Origin: Squalus acanthias
Lineage: Eukaryota
DNA: 64,000 bases
Assembly: GCA_030390025.1 (NCBI GenBank)
Contig: CM059436.1
Location: 39,556,001 to 39,620,000 of the forward strand
Direction of reading: 5' to 3'
In this document: in pieces, positions 61,648 through 64,000 of the stretch
How the letters are laid out: each line of letters starts with the position of its first letter
Position numbering within the stretch: the stretch's first letter is position 1
Made by a program: the position numbers and the translations under genes
Notes under the pieces: model-generated
Databases searched by the model: none
What the model saw: only the letters and a program-made list of their open reading frames with translations
What the model was told of the DNA's origin: nothing

Positions 61648-64000
61648 GTAAAAAAAGTTGATTCTTATTTATGTGTAATTTGTGTAGTTCCCATAAAGTG
61701 TATAGCATGTAAAATAAGAAAAATTATCATAAAACTTAAAGGCTTTCATAGGTAAGAGGTGATTGTTGTCATATTGGCAGGGGAAAAGTTAAAATACGTT
61801 TGTACCTTTTATATCAGCAAAATGATTAATTTCAAATATTTATTGAATTCCTTGTAATTCAGGATGTTGCATAAATATGTATTATCATAAATCTACATTA
61901 TGAAATGATGATTTGGTACAGACATTAGAAAATTAATCTCAAGGCCACCAATTCATTTTATGACAGCAGATGAAACAAAATGTAAAAACTCAACCAAAGA
62001 CCTGTCTGTTGACTTAAATGTGAACATAACCAGATGTCAGGCTATTGCCAGCGAGGCAAACACCACCATATTCATTTCTTCAAATGGGGAGCTGCCTGCG
62101 GAGGCACCAGCAGTTTCCCTAAATTATTGAAATGAGGCCTAAGGCTAATTTTGGACTGGTCTTGGGCCTCCATTGGGGCGTGTGCTGCCTGCGCAGTGCT
62201 GATTCTGGGCCCGGCTAAATTTCTACACCATAGGCTGATTTCTGCACTGGATCTAATGACAACAGGGGATATTGTTAGTCAAGTGTGGCGTGGGTCAATC
62301 AACAGAAATATCAGGCACTCTAGTATTGGCTTGCAACAAAGTCCTTAACTCCAATGAGGAAAAGAAATGCCTTATTTCCTTTAACCCCAGAATTCTTAAA
62401 TTCAATCCCACTGAATGATGAGCAGTTTTGTGTTTCAGATGCTAATTCTTTAGGGACTAAGCTATGGCTGCCAAAAGAGCATGCCTCACTTGTGAAATGT
62501 AACTAGATATGACATTCAGATCTCATTTCTGGATCAGCAGTAAAGTCTTGTTACCTCAGGTGCAGCAAAGCTCCTTAAAACAACGAGAAAAATATTTCTA
62601 ACAGGATGGACGTGCTCACTGAGAATTTTTGAAAATTATATCACTTTTGTCACAGAACATAATGCCTTTTACTTTACATAAAGAAGAGTTATTAGATTCC
62701 TTCGTTAAATGAATGAGGTTGAGTTTGACCTTTTAGTCACATTTGTTTCTGTGGATGGTGAGGAATTTGAAACTGCTTGTGAATGCAGTTATATTAGGAG
62801 CCTTCCAATTACCAGGTTTATAAAAGTTTTATGCATCAGTTAATTGAAAAGGATACTCCATTACAGAGGGGGGGAAAAGAAAACAAAAATCCCTCTTCTC
62901 AGTATTGCACTGTTACTTATTGCACTTTTACGTTGTACTCGGCATTATTCTGTTGAAATAACTGTTTCTGTAATTATCTTTAGCAAGGCTCAGTCCCTTA
63001 AAGGGCATTGCCTCCACAATAGAGTATTTGCACACCTTTTTTAGATTTGAAACAAACACACTTTGGGATGGTGTAAATCATATTGAAGTGGATCATTGCA
63101 TCACTTGTGAATGGTGTCATTGTGACAATATAGCATAGAGCTCTTGGCTTTTCTTCCTTTCTAAACAAAAAGAGGTTTGCCAAATATTATTTCACGAAGA
63201 TAAGAAAGCAGAACCAGAGTACATTTTATGATTTAGCATTACTAGCGCAGAGGTTCATGCATTGAAGCACATATTAGGAATTAACGTATGGCGATTATTT
63301 TAATAGATGAAAAGTTGTATGGGCCACGAATTCCCGATATATGCTGTTGTTGCAAGAAGCAATGCATTGGGTGTGCTAAGTCATAACATTTACCATATTA
63401 AGCCCATTAAACTTGCTTTTTTCATAGACCATGGACTCTAGCATGCCTGTTTAATCTCCTGAGTTCTGCACAAATTCTCCCTGGTCCCCAAAGGTAATCA
63501 AGCAAAATTCTAGAATATCTCTGCATCCAGTCTCCATTGTTCAACCCTGGCTAGTTGTTTTCCTGATGACATTTCTTTGCGTACAGTAGCATAGGAACCA
63601 TTGTGTTTCATCAAATATTTGATTATCTGTGTTCATAATAATTGAAATTCCCATTCCTAACCGGATCATTTATCCAGTTCCTTTTTGAAGCGATCTATTT
63701 CACATGTCTACTACACTGAGGGGTAAAAAGCTTCCTCTCATCTTTGAATTTGCTTGATGCTTGTTAATTTTGTACTGTACAATGCTTTTTTAATTACTGA
63801 AACCGGAACAATTTCAATTCCAATTCAAAATATACTTTGGAAAGTCTGTGTCACTAAAAAGGTAAACAACTGGAGTGAAAAATAATTCTCCCTCCTCTGA
63901 TTAATTCCCTTTGTGCATTCTTGCAATAATGATAAGCAATTCTAGGTAATGCAATTCCAGTATGTAAAGCAGAACAGCTAGCGTATCAATTTCCTTGGAC

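Noticed and set aside
1-64000. CRISPR array, operons or other prokaryotic systems
   Set aside because: No regularly spaced repeat-spacer array was seen. The sequence is intron-containing vertebrate DNA.

Overview
Eukaryotic, repeat-dense vertebrate DNA, most likely from a cartilaginous fish such as a shark (inferred from the HE1/V-SINE and SacSINE1-like SINEs, abundant CR1 LINEs and a divergent usherin). The only host gene I can support is the 5' end of USH2A (usherin) on the + strand, with coding exons at 49943-50430 and 61482-61647 and an RFX X-box-like motif about 1 kb upstream of the start codon. The rest is mostly transposable elements, often nested. These include at least six PIF/Harbinger elements (transposase plus intron-containing Myb/SANT gene) with their MITEs, and a 7.2-kb endogenous retrovirus-like element with paired LTRs, tRNA-Leu PBS, coiled-coil/CCHC gag, truncated pol and a decayed env-like remnant. 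There are also CR1, L2 and Vingi-like LINEs, SINEs, and Penelope-like element ends carrying minimal hammerhead ribozymes. Three observations stand out. Two independent Harbinger-family insertions duplicated the GTT cleavage triplet of the Penelope hammerhead. Harbinger target sites share an ANNY-[NNN]-RNNT signature despite variable TSDs. The ERV has lokiretrovirus-like features. Everything was read by eye; no searches were run.
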